From: Betaproteobacteria bacterium
GTDB taxonomy: Bacteria; Pseudomonadota; Gammaproteobacteria; Burkholderiales; Burkholderiaceae_F
Assembly (NCBI GenBank): GCA_046343415.1
Contig: JBKDNL010000028.1
Span: 8,103-72,102 of the forward strand
Direction of reading: 5' to 3'
Length of the DNA stretch: 64,000 nucleotides
Shown here: in pieces, positions 51,461 through 61,900 of the stretch
Position numbering within the stretch: the stretch's first letter is position 1
Layout of the letters: each line of letters begins with the position of its first letter
Made by a program: the position numbers and the translations under genes
The notes under the pieces: model-generated
What the model saw: the letters and a program-made list of their open reading frames with translations, nothing else
Database searches by the model: none
Told to the model about the DNA's origin: nothing

Positions 51461-52894
51461 ATGGCAACGACCAACGGCAACCGCAAAATCCTCGACCTGA
51501 AGCGCTGGGAGTTCTGCACCCCGGCGCCGACCGCCAAGGTGGCGGGCGCATTCGTCGCATCCTCGCGCCACTACCGACAGCAGCAGTTATTCGTCGCCAG
51601 TAACTCAGCCGCTTGGCTCTACAACCCGAACGAGGATGGCTGGGTGGCGCTTCCGTCGCCGGCGCTGGCCGGCACGTTTGGCGCGGGCGCCTCGGGCTGT
51701 GCCGCGGGCCACTCCATCGGCACGACGGTGGGCGCACAGGCGCTCACGGCGACGGGCGGCACGGTCAACACAATCGGCACCAACCAGTCGCTTGCGCGCG
51801 ATCTGCGCGGGTACAAGGTGCAAATCCTCGCCGGCCCGAATGCGGGCGCCACGCTCGATATCGTCTCGAACACCATTGGCGCGGCCGCCACGATCACGGT
51901 GCCGACGCAGGGCGCGGCGTTCACTGCCTCGACCGTCTACCGTCTGCTGACGCCGACCTTCTACGTGGTGGGCGCGGGCACGCTCGCAGCGGGCTCGTTT
52001 CGCAAATACTGCTTCGCCACGAATATCTGGACGACGCTGGCGAACACCGGCCTGCCGGCTTCGCTCGGCACGGACGGCAAGCTAATCTCCACGCCCTCGT
52101 GGATGGACAACGGCTACCTGAACTTTGGCTCGGGCACCGCAACCGCTGGCGCAGCGGCCGCTCTGACGCAGACTGGCAAGACCTGGGCGGTGAACCAGTG
52201 GACGAATTCGCAGGCGCAGATCGTCGCCGGCCCGGGCGCGGGCCAGATTCGGACGATTGCCTCCAACACCGCCGACACGCTGACGGTTAGCCCGGCCTGG
52301 GCCACCGCCCCGGGCGCCGGCTCGGTCTATCAAATCCAGGCCAACGACGACTTCATCTACTACATCGGCAACAACGCGGTCACCATGTTCCGCTACTCGA
52401 TCAGCGCGAACACCTGGACGACGCTGGCCCCCGGTGTCGCACGCGCCGGTGCGCCGGGCGCGGGCATGAGCGGCCACTGGGTGTGGGGCGCGACCGAGTC
52501 GGACTGGAACGCCGAGAGCACGATCCAGAACGGGCGCTACATCTACTCGTTCCGTGGCGCCGGCGGCGCCGCGATCGACCGCTACGACATCGCCGCGAAC
52601 GCCTGGGCCGCGGTTACCTACGCGCCAGCGACCGAGACGTTCGGCGCGGGGTCGACGTACACCTTGATCGAGGGCGATATCTTCGTCTGCAAAGAAGCGA
52701 CCGGCCGCTGGTTCCGCTTCAAGTGCGCAACGAACGAGATGGACGGCTGGACCACACAGCTCTACCCGCACGGTGCCGCGCTGGTGGGCGACACAGCCTT
52801 CGACGCGACGTACTTCGACGGCGCCACCAAAATCCACTACGTCTACTCGATCCTCAACACGAGCGCAATCACGTTGCGCCAAATGGTGATCTGA
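51461..52894 (+). CDS. hypothetical virion protein (repeat/propeller-like)
   Basis: 477 aa, Gly/Ala/Thr-rich, with recurring W-containing segments. Confidence 0.5.
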   Translation: MATTNGNRKILDLKRWEFCTPAPTAKVAGAFVASSRHYRQQQLFVASNSAAWLYNPNEDGWVALPSPALAGTFGAGASGCAAGHSIGTTVGAQALTATGGTVNTIGTNQSLARDLRGYKVQILAGPNAGATLDIVSNTIGAAATITVPTQGAAFTASTVYRLLTPTFYVVGAGTLAAGSFRKYCFATNIWTTLANTGLPASLGTDGKLISTPSWMDNGYLNFGSGTATAGAAAALTQTGKTWAVNQWTNSQAQIVAGPGAGQIRTIASNTADTLTVSPAWATAPGAGSVYQIQANDDFIYYIGNNAVTMFRYSISANTWTTLAPGVARAGAPGAGMSGHWVWGATESDWNAESTIQNGRYIYSFRGAGGAAIDRYDIAANAWAAVTYAPATETFGAGSTYTLIEGDIFVCKEATGRWFRFKCATNEMDGWTTQLYPHGAALVGDTAFDATYFDGATKIHYVYSILNTSAITLRQMVI

Positions 52895-53058
52895 TGACCA
52901 CGCTCGCTGAACTGATCGGGGTGCTCCAGGGCAAGCTGGCGAACCTGTCGACGCTTCGCACTTCGGCCGAGAGGCTGGGGGATTTGGAGCGGGTCGCCGC
53001 GCTCGACGCGGAACTGACAGAAACGCAAGTCACGCTGGACGCGCTGCTCGCGGAGTAA
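52894..53058 (+). CDS. small coiled-coil protein (54 aa)
   Basis: Hand-called. The ATG overlaps the upstream TGA (TGATG). Sequence: MTTLAELIGVLQGKLANLSTL... Confidence 0.4.
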   Translation: MTTLAELIGVLQGKLANLSTLRTSAERLGDLERVAALDAELTETQVTLDALLAE

Positions 53059-53061
53059 CGA

Positions 53062-53820
53062 ATGCTGCTCACGCTGCTCCAGAGTCAGAGCGGCGGCGGC
53101 ACGACAGTCGTTGGCCGGACTTATTCGTTCGGCTACTCGGTCACGGGCGTCGTCGGGCGGGACTTCGCCTTCACCTACACGGTGCAGGACGGGTCGACCT
53201 CGGCTGTCGGCCGCGACTTCTCGTTCAATTACAACGTCGTCACGGCGGCCGGCCAGACGTTTACGTTCACCTACAGCATCGTCGCCCCGGTCGGGCGCGA
53301 GTTCGCGTTCAACTACAACGTCGTCGCCCCGGCCGGGCGCGAGTTCGCGTTCAGCTACAACGTCGGCGCCCCGGCCGGGCGCGGGGTCGCGTGCACCTAC
53401 GCGGTGCACGATGGCTCGACCGCGGCGGTCGGGCGCGAGTTCGCGTTCAGCTACAACGTCGTCGCCCCGGTCGGGCAGGACTTCTCGTTCACGTACAACG
53501 TCGTCGCCCTGGTCGGGCAGGACTTCGAGTTCACTTACAGCGTCGCCGGGCCGGCGCTCTCGGTGGCCGGCCGCGACTTCAGTTTCAGCTACGGGGTGGC
53601 CGGGCCGGTCGGCCGGGAGTTCGCTTTCACTTACAACGTGCAGGGCTTCGGCCTGCCGTTCATGGGCTGGGACTTCTCTAACGGCAGCGCCCCCAAGAAG
53701 AAAAAACAGACTTACAATGCAGACTTGGTACTCCGCGACGATGAGGAGGTGCTGTCCCTCATCGCCTCTTTGATGGCACAGGGCTACTTCAATGGCGAAG
53801 TTCAACGCGAAACTGTCTAA
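53062..53820 (+). CDS. tandem-repeat protein, about 12 copies of a G-R-D/E-F-x-F-x-Y-x-V unit
   Basis: 252 aa. Units of 13-19 aa were read directly, e.g. VGREFAFNYNVVAP, AGREFAFSYNVGAP, VGQDFSFTYNVVAL. Confidence 0.6.
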   Translation: MLLTLLQSQSGGGTTVVGRTYSFGYSVTGVVGRDFAFTYTVQDGSTSAVGRDFSFNYNVVTAAGQTFTFTYSIVAPVGREFAFNYNVVAPAGREFAFSYNVGAPAGRGVACTYAVHDGSTAAVGREFAFSYNVVAPVGQDFSFTYNVVALVGQDFEFTYSVAGPALSVAGRDFSFSYGVAGPVGREFAFTYNVQGFGLPFMGWDFSNGSAPKKKKQTYNADLVLRDDEEVLSLIASLMAQGYFNGEVQRETV

Positions 53821-56800
53821 CTGCGTAAAGACGGCGGGCAAGTTCACCCCGTCCGAGATCGCCAAGCTGGACGACGCTGCTGCGGCCTACGGCGAGGACA
53901 CCGACGCCTACATCGCTGCGGTGCAAGACGCCATCGCCAGCACCGAGGCCATGATGGGCCTGATCCGGGAGCAGGCACAAGCTGCCGCCGCCCTGGCGCC
54001 CACCGCCGAAAGCAGCGTGCAGGGCGCCCGCCCCGCGCGCCGCGTGAGCAAGGTCGAGCTGGCCGACATGCAGGAGATCGACTCCGCTGTCGAACGCTAC
54101 GAGGGCGCCCGCAAGCAGAAGGACGCCGACGAGGCCGCCCGCTGGCTGTACGACGAGGCGCGCGAGAACGAGAGCCCGCGCGTGCGGGAGTACGCCCGCC
54201 AGAAGTTCGAGGAGGCGGTCGACCCGATCACCCGCGAGGGCATCGAGCGCACGTCCAACAACAACGCCGGCCGCAAGTCGAGCTGGAACCACTTCGTCGA
54301 AACGAACACCGAGACGGCCGCGCTGCCTGACTCGCTCGACAGCGCGCCGGGCCAGGACAACGCTATCCCGGCCAGCGAGCTGAAGTACGACAACTGGGCG
54401 CTGACGCCCGAGGAGTCGCAGATCGTGGGCGGCGCGCTCGCTGACGTGCAGCAAAGCCCCGCGGGCAAGCTGATGTCGGTGGCTGCAAAGATGATCGACG
54501 GCGTCGTCGGCATGCAGCACAGGGAGGGAGAACACTACGCGGCGGCCATCACGGGCGGGCGCTGGGGGCAGGCGTATATCGGCTTCACGCGCCTGCTACT
54601 GGACTCGCTCGCTGCAAACGCGGACGGCGCGAAGGCTGACCTGCGCCTGACGCTCGCGCACGAGCTGACGCACGTCGTGGACGCCAAAGCCGCGGAGGGC
54701 ACAAGCCGCTTTGCTTCAGACAGCGAAACGAGCCCGGTCTACTCGGACGGCACTACGCACGGCCCGGTGATGCAGGAGGCGCTCGACTACTTTGCGCGGG
54801 GCGGCGGCAACGAGTCGATCACTGCAGCACTGGAATACGCCATCGTGCGGCTCGCGTTCGGCGACAAGAGTGCGGGCGTGTTCGGCCGCCGCGAACTGAC
54901 GCCCCGGCTGATCGAGCTTTACTACAATGACGCCGATACCCTCGAAGCAGAGCTGCCGCAGGCGCATGCCTTCGTCAAGGCCCTGGTCGAGGCCCCCAAC
55001 TTCACGGCAATCAAGGACACCTTCAATGGGCGACGGGCTGCAAGCAGCGATGAACGCGTTCAAGGATCGGTTCGGGTACTACCCGCAGATCGGAGCGCGA
55101 ATGACTCGGGATCAATTTCTGGAAGCAATCGACAAATCGGTGCGCGCGGGCGAAGTGGTGCAAGCCCTGCGCCGGCCGGAGCCGGAAGTGGCGGGGGGTC
55201 GGACGGCACTGGCCGACTAGAGTTCAGCATCCCCGAGCCGGACGAGTCCGGCCGGATGGGCCACGCTTTGAACACCATCAAGGGCGCGCTCACCAACTGG
55301 CGCAACCTGCCCGGCGCCCTAGGCTGGCTGTCGCTGCGGCAGATCGCCGACCGCTTCCAGGCGTACCCCAGCGTCAAGCGGTTCGTGGGCGCCTCCCTGC
55401 AGATGGGGCAGCGCGCCGAGCAGATCATGGGCGAGGTCAACAACGCCCTGAAGCCGTGGCGCAACCTGCAGGCCGACACGCAGCGTCAGCTTGGCAAAGT
55501 CATGCTCGAAGCGACGATGGAGCAGGTGCACGTCGACCAGAGCTGGGACAGCGAGGCCAACGCGCACCTGCGCGTGGAAGACCCCGACCTGAGGGCCTCG
55601 AACCGCCGCACCTACGAGCGGCTGCGCGCCGCCTACGTGGCGCTGCCGGAGCGGGCCACGCAGGTCTACAAGCAAGTCCGCGAGACGGGCAAGAAGCAGT
55701 GGGGGGCGCTGGCCGAGGCGCGCGCCACGGACATCATGCGCGCGTACAAGCAAGACCTCGCGCCGATCTTCAGCGACGAGGAGCTGCGCAAGCTGGTCGC
55801 CGACAAGAAGGAGCGCGACCGCATCGCCAGCCAGTTGAAGTCGATGCCGATGACGGTCACGCAGCGCGCGGCCACCAAGCGGCTGATCGAGCATGCGGAG
55901 ACGAACTTCATGGAGCAGGTGGCCATGAAGGGGCCGTACTTCCCGCTGGTGCGTCATGGCGATCACGTCGTGGTCGCCAAGAGCAACGACTTCAACAGCG
56001 CCGCCGACGCCTACCGCGCCAGCCGCGACAAGCTGCAGGCGCTCTACGACCGTGAGCCGCCGACCACCGAGGCCGAGGAGCGCCAGCTCGACACCGACAT
56101 CAAGGCCGCGCGGGGCGAGATGCAGGCTGCGAAGACGCGCCTGGACGCGCTCAAGACGAGCGAGCAGCACTACCTCGTGTCGTTTTTCGAGCACGACTGG
56201 GAGGCGCAGGCGTACAAGCGCAAACTGGACGCCGACCCGGATGTTCAAAAAGCGAGCCTGTCCACGAAAGTTGAACAGCGCGCCCAGCATGAGCAGCGGT
56301 TCGACGGCGCCAGCCCGCAGTTCGTGCGCAAGCTGGAAGACGAGCTGGTGCGCTCGCTCGGCAAAGCCGACTCCAGCGCCGTGCGCAACGCCGTGCGGGA
56401 GATTTACCTGCGGGCCGCGCCCGACCGCTCTGCCCTGAAGTCGGAGCTGCGCCGCCTGAACGTGCCCGGCGCCAAGTCCACCGAGATGATGCGCGGCTTC
56501 GCCGCCCGCAGCATGGGCAACGCGTTCCGCATCAGCCGCATGGAGTTCGGCGGCGACCTGCAGGACGCCCTGGCCGAGATGAAGGCGTCGGACAGCCGCG
56601 ACGAGGTGCTGGTCGCCAACGAGCTGCAGGCCCGCATGCTGTCGGCGTTCACCCCGCCGCAGCAGAACATGGTCATCGACTCGCTGGCGCAGATGGCGCA
56701 CCTGACGTACCTGGGCCTGTCGCCGTCGTACCTGCTGATCAACGCCACGCAGCCGTGGGTGATCTCGGCGCCGATGATGGCCGCGCGGCACGGCTGGAGC

Positions 56801-58258
56801 CGGGCCAGCAAGGCGCTCGGCGACGCTAGCCTTGAAGTCATGGCGAACGTGCGCACCCTGCGGGCCGAGGAGTCCAAGCGGCTGGCCGATGCGGGCGACA
56901 GGCTGGCCTCGGTGAAGTCGTGGCGCTTCGACATCCAGCCCGAACAGCTTGGCAAGACCGACGCCGAGCGCCGCATGCTGCGCGAGCTGTTCAACGGCGG
57001 GCTCATCAACATCACCATCGAGCACGACCTGGGCGCGGTGTCGCGCGGCGCGAACCAGACGCCGCTGGGCATGGCCTCGGAGTTCGCCAGCACCCCGGCG
57101 CACGTCATCGAGATCGTCAACCGGGTGTCGACGGCGCTCGCGGCGTTCCGCCTGCAGCAGCAGGCCGACCGCAACTTCCAGCGCAGCGTGGACTACGCGA
57201 CGCAGGTGGTGGCCGACACGCACTTCGACTACAGCGCCGAGAACGCGCCGCGCCTGATGCGCAGCGAGTCACTGGGCGGCCTGGGCCGGCTGGTGTGGCA
57301 GTTCAAGAAGTACATGCAGGGCATGATCTTCCTGATCGGCAAACTGTCGAAGGAATCCCTCGCGGGCGACAAGGAAGCACAGAAGGGGCTGGCGTACCTG
57401 ATCGGCATGACGGTCGGCGTCTCCGGCGCCGTGGGCCTGCCCATCGCCGGCGGCGTGGGTGTCGTGTTCAAGGCGCTGTCGCAACTGTGGGAGGACGACG
57501 ACGAGCCCGAGATTGGACAGATGCTCTACAACGGCCTGCAGGACGTTCTCGGCGAGACGGGTGCCCGTCTGGTCGCCAAGGGCCTGCCGGCGGCCGTGGG
57601 CGTCGATCTGAGCGGCCGGATGGGCCTCGGCTCGCTGACCAACCCGCTGCAGTTCGCGCAGACCGGCGGCAAGGAGGGCAAGGACTTGTATGGCTCGCTC
57701 CTGGTGGCCGCACTCGGCCCCGCCAGCGGCATGCTTGCCAACTGGTTCGACGCCGCTAGTCTCGCCAGCACCGACCCGGTGCGGGCGTGGGGCGCGGTGC
57801 TGCCCAAGGTGTTCAAAGACCCGCTGATGGCGATGGACCGCACGGATCGCGGCATCACCTCGCGCAGCGGCGACCCGCTGGTGGGCGAGGATGAGTTCGG
57901 CCTGCTGCGCACGCTCATGAAGGGCGCGGGCTTTGAGTCGACCGACGTGACCGACATGTTCGACAACCGCAGTGCGTTCCAGTCCGCCAAGGGCCGGGCC
58001 GACAACGCACGGCGCAAGCTGATCCGCGCCTACACCGAGGCGCGGAAAGCCGGCGAGCCGACCGGGGAGATCATGGACGACATCGCCGGCTTCAACCGCC
58101 GCAACCCGGACAACCGGATCACAATGGTTACCCTTCAGCGGGGGCTGCAGGCCCGGCAGCAGGCGGCGCAGCAAACCAGGCAGGGTATCCGTCTGCGTCC
58201 TCAAGATGCAGGCGTGCTAGATCAACTTGGACTGAACGAGGAAGACCTAGATCAGTGA
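53792..58258 (+). CDS. 1488-aa virion-associated protein with HExxH zincin motif and PLxRxG motif
   Basis: LTLAHELTHVVD near residue 290 and GPYFPLVRHGDHVV near residue 715. It is the last gene of the rightward block. Confidence 0.65.
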   Translation: MAKFNAKLSNCVKTAGKFTPSEIAKLDDAAAAYGEDTDAYIAAVQDAIASTEAMMGLIREQAQAAAALAPTAESSVQGARPARRVSKVELADMQEIDSAVERYEGARKQKDADEAARWLYDEARENESPRVREYARQKFEEAVDPITREGIERTSNNNAGRKSSWNHFVETNTETAALPDSLDSAPGQDNAIPASELKYDNWALTPEESQIVGGALADVQQSPAGKLMSVAAKMIDGVVGMQHREGEHYAAAITGGRWGQAYIGFTRLLLDSLAANADGAKADLRLTLAHELTHVVDAKAAEGTSRFASDSETSPVYSDGTTHGPVMQEALDYFARGGGNESITAALEYAIVRLAFGDKSAGVFGRRELTPRLIELYYNDADTLEAELPQAHAFVKALVEAPNFTAIKDTFNGRRAASSDERVQGSVRVLPADRSANDSGSISGSNRQIGARGRSGASPAPAGAGSGGGSDGTGRLEFSIPEPDESGRMGHALNTIKGALTNWRNLPGALGWLSLRQIADRFQAYPSVKRFVGASLQMGQRAEQIMGEVNNALKPWRNLQADTQRQLGKVMLEATMEQVHVDQSWDSEANAHLRVEDPDLRASNRRTYERLRAAYVALPERATQVYKQVRETGKKQWGALAEARATDIMRAYKQDLAPIFSDEELRKLVADKKERDRIASQLKSMPMTVTQRAATKRLIEHAETNFMEQVAMKGPYFPLVRHGDHVVVAKSNDFNSAADAYRASRDKLQALYDREPPTTEAEERQLDTDIKAARGEMQAAKTRLDALKTSEQHYLVSFFEHDWEAQAYKRKLDADPDVQKASLSTKVEQRAQHEQRFDGASPQFVRKLEDELVRSLGKADSSAVRNAVREIYLRAAPDRSALKSELRRLNVPGAKSTEMMRGFAARSMGNAFRISRMEFGGDLQDALAEMKASDSRDEVLVANELQARMLSAFTPPQQNMVIDSLAQMAHLTYLGLSPSYLLINATQPWVISAPMMAARHGWSRASKALGDASLEVMANVRTLRAEESKRLADAGDRLASVKSWRFDIQPEQLGKTDAERRMLRELFNGGLINITIEHDLGAVSRGANQTPLGMASEFASTPAHVIEIVNRVSTALAAFRLQQQADRNFQRSVDYATQVVADTHFDYSAENAPRLMRSESLGGLGRLVWQFKKYMQGMIFLIGKLSKESLAGDKEAQKGLAYLIGMTVGVSGAVGLPIAGGVGVVFKALSQLWEDDDEPEIGQMLYNGLQDVLGETGARLVAKGLPAAVGVDLSGRMGLGSLTNPLQFAQTGGKEGKDLYGSLLVAALGPASGMLANWFDAASLASTDPVRAWGAVLPKVFKDPLMAMDRTDRGITSRSGDPLVGEDEFGLLRTLMKGAGFESTDVTDMFDNRSAFQSAKGRADNARRKLIRAYTEARKAGEPTGEIMDDIAGFNRRNPDNRITMVTLQRGLQARQQAAQQTRQGIRLRPQDAGVLDQLGLNEEDLDQ

Positions 58259-58919
58259 GGTACAGGTCGTTGACCGCCTGCGGGGTCAGCGAGCACTGCT
58301 GGTCGTCCCAGGCGTTCGCGGCGATGTCGTAGCGGCCGATCGTGCGCGTGACCCCCGAGTTGAAGGCGAAGGGGAGCGACGTGCCGGTCGTGAAGACCGG
58401 CCGGGAAACCAGCCCCGCCACGAGGCGGCTTGCGTCATCGTCGATGATCCGCAAACGAGAGATCGGTAAGTCACTCCAGCGCTGGGCTAGTTCGCCCCCA
58501 AGGACGCGCAGGGCCGCGTTTACTTTTTGGATGAGGATGCTGTCAATGTTTCGTTCAACGACTTCGTCCGGCACCTCGATTACCTCACACGCCCGCCAGA
58601 GCGTTCCGGGCAGGCTCGCGTTCACGCTGTACCGCTCGGTGAAGCGCGCGATGGTGTCCAACGTGGAGAATTGCTTCTCGATGCTCTCGATCCGCAGGCA
58701 GTCGCGCAGGAAGTGGGCACGGGGCGCGGATGTCACGCGCACAGGGACGTCGAGCAGCGTGCACACCCTGTCCGCGGAGTCGACCGACGCTGGAGGGCGC
58801 ATGCTCATGCTGTTGACGCACTCGTAGAACGGGCGCGGCTTGACGTACAGCCGCCGGGGCGCTCGCCCCTCAGCCTGCGCTCGCGCTATTTCCCGCCCGA
58901 CTTGTATCAGTAGACTCAT
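58128..58919 (-). CDS. hypothetical protein (start uncertain)
   Basis: 263-aa ORF. Codon quality is good in the middle and poor in the first ~13 and last ~40 codons. The 3' end overlaps the convergent 1488-aa gene by 131 nt. Confidence 0.45.
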   Translation of the reverse strand: MSLLIQVGREIARAQAEGRAPRRLYVKPRPFYECVNSMSMRPPASVDSADRVCTLLDVPVRVTSAPRAHFLRDCLRIESIEKQFSTLDTIARFTERYSVNASLPGTLWRACEVIEVPDEVVERNIDSILIQKVNAALRVLGGELAQRWSDLPISRLRIIDDDASRLVAGLVSRPVFTTGTSLPFAFNSGVTRTIGRYDIAANAWDDQQCSLTPQAVNDLYLTDLGLPRSVQVDLARLHLEDADGYPAWFAAPPAAGPAAPAEG

Positions 58920-61900
58920 TGCGGCTCCTTTGGAGAGATACGACGTTGTGCGGGATTTGCCCCGTCTCGTCTTCGATAAACAGGCGGCCCTCGTCGATCT
59001 TGATGGCGGGGCCTTGCACGGTGCCCAGCGTCGTGCCCTTGGTGATGGTCACGTTCGCCTTGGTGTCGCCGCGCAGGGTAATCGGGCGCAGCAGTTCGTT
59101 GCGCTTCAGCTCGTTCATCAGCTCGATGTAGCTGAAGCTGTTCTCGCGTGCCCACTCCTTCATGGAGTCGACTAACAGGTAAACGTGGCGGCTGGTGGTG
59201 ATGCGCCGCCCGGCCCACGGGGCCTTCAGCGTGGTGACGTTCTCCACCGGCAGCAGGCGGCCAACGGCGGGCGCCTCGTCGCTGGTGTTGATGATGTTTG
59301 GCGCGAGGTCGGAGATCATCTTGCGGGCCATCTCCACCGGGCTGCGGCTGACGGTGGCAGCGAAGTCCTGCGCGGCGCGCGCCGCGGCGGCGTATTCGCG
59401 GATCAGCACGTTGCGGTCGAAGAACGCGACGCCCAGGGCCTTGAGCAGGTCGAACGCGGCCAGGGCGCAGGCCATGCCCCGCTGCAGGAACCGCTGGCGC
59501 TGCGTGGCGCCGGGCACGACGCCAGCGGCCTCGGCGTAGCGCTTCTGCATCACGTTGCGCACCCACTCGACGCCGCGCTGGACGATCAGCAGGTGCAGCA
59601 GCGCACCGATGGCGCCGTGGTTGGGCGTCATCAGCTCAGCGAGCTTCTCCTTGTACGTGATCTGCTCGCCCTCGGAGAGGTCGGCGAACTCGCAGTTCAG
59701 CTCCAACAGGCGCATCTGCAGCGCGTCGGAGGACTTCTGGAACGCCGCCAGCATCTCCCGCTGCGGGATGTTGGTCGACACGCAGCCGACCAGCGCCCAG
59801 GTGTGCGCCTCGCGCGGGTTGCCATTGCGGTCGGCCCTGCGCCGGTCGGTGCCGTTCGCCAGCCGGTTGATCATGGCGCCGACTTCCTGCGCCGTGTTGC
59901 CCGTGACCTCGTCGCCGAAGAACGGCAGCGTGCCCAGCGCAGCGATGAAGCCGGACTGGTAGTTGGCCGTGGCGTCTTGGTTGGCGGCCGACAGCACCAC
60001 GTTCTCGGGGTTGCCGAACGCGGCCGCGGCGGCCTTCTGCATCGAGGTCTTGCCCTTGCCCGACCCGCTGCTGTAGAGCGACACGGTCAGGCCCGCAGCG
60101 GGGAGCTGCTCGCCCGGCACGAACGCGCCGTCCGCGACAAACAGCAGCAGGGGGCTGGCGATGGACAGCATGATGGCGAGCTGGGCGACCTCGTAGCCCG
60201 GCTTCGTGTAGTACATGCGGTAGAACTCAGCCTGCTTCTGCGCCGCCGGGATGACGTGCGACTTCCATACGGAGGGCTCCCACCGGCCCGCGGGCGAGTA
60301 CGGCAAGGGCGCGATGTTGAACAGGGTGCGGTAGCCCTTGAGCTTGTTGCCAAGCATGGCCTCCTCGATGCGGCCATCGGGGAAGATGACGTAGCGGCCG
60401 TGCGCGCAGATGAGCTTGGAGTCGCGGTCGTCCGTCTGGTACTGCACGCCGAAGCGGTTGCGCACGACGATGCGTGACGCCACCTCTTTGACCCGGTTGA
60501 ATTGCTGGTTCATAAAGTCGTGTACCCGTTGAGTGGCTGCAGCGGTGACGGACATCGACGTGATGCCCTTGTCGGTGAGGAACTGCAGCAGCGTTTGCTT
60601 GGCGCCGAGCAGCTTGGTCGGCATGTCGTAGTGGCTGCGCTTGCCGTCCTTGAACAGCACAAGGCCGACCATCGCGCCGTCGTTCTCGTCGCGCCCCGCG
60701 CCCGTCCAGGTTTCGAGCCAGAACACGTCGTTGGACAGGACTTCCCACTTGTAGACGGTCGTCTTGCCGTCCTCGCCGTCCTGCTCGACCGCAGCGCGAT
60801 ACCATAGCCGGTTGACGCCCTTGTCGTCCTTCTCGATCTTGTAGTCGCGGCCCAGGTCAGGGAACGGGATCGGCACGTCTTTCGGCACGGGCGCGGGCTC
60901 GGCCTTGGGTTTCTTGTCCTCGGGGAGCTGCTCGACCTGCTTGTCGGTCAGTCGCCCCAGGGAGAGCGGGGTCGACACCTTTCCGCGATAAACGCAAGAC
61001 TGGCAAGCCTCTGCGTTAAAGCGCTCAAAAGTGCCGCACAGAGTCGGGCCAGTGCCCTCGTAGCGGTCGAACTTGCGCTGCGTCTCGTCGTAGCTGTAGC
61101 CGTCATAGCCGCCACTCCACTCGTGCGCGAGGTCTGCCCCCTCGGTGCTGAACTTGACGATGCCCAACATCGCCCGCCACTCGGGCTCGGGCACGTCGCC
61201 CTTGAGCACGGCGATGCGGTTCAGGGCGGCGCACTTGCTCGCGGCCTTCACCGCCGACGACGGCGACGGCTCCCACAGGGTCAGCGCGTCGTTGACGTTA
61301 AGCTTGGCCCGGCCGGCGGGCGCGGACAAACCCGCGTCTTGCGGGGCTGTCCCGACGATCTCCTGCAGTGCGGCGAGCGACCAGCGCACGCCGGTGTCCT
61401 TGAGCAGCACCACCGTCTGCCCGTTCTTGTGCTTGGCGCCCAGCGGCCGCAGCACGCGCGCCGAGTCGGTGGTGCACGCCGGGTCGGCCTTCAGGCCGTG
61501 GTGCTGCGCTAGCTTGCCCAGGCCCACGGCCACGGAGCGCCACGCGTCGGCGGCCACGTCCTCGGTGAGGGCGAAGTACGCGTGCAGGCCGGCGCCACTG
61601 CTCACGATCAGCGAGGGGCGCAGGTCGACCTTGGCGCTGAACTCCAGCAGCGCCGCGACCCCATCCCGCTGCGTCGGGTACGCCGACTCGGGGTGCTTGG
61701 CGAACTTGTCGGCGCCGCAGTCGATGTCGAGGTAGAAGCACCGTTTGGCCCGCACCGTGGACTGCTTGCGCTCCCCCGCCGAGAATGTGGCCAGCGCGAA
61801 GTACCACGAGTGCTCGACGTTCACGCGCTCGGTCAGCTCGACCAGCTTGGCGAGGCTGCCACACCACAGATGCTGCTTGCGAGGCACCGAGAACAAGGCG

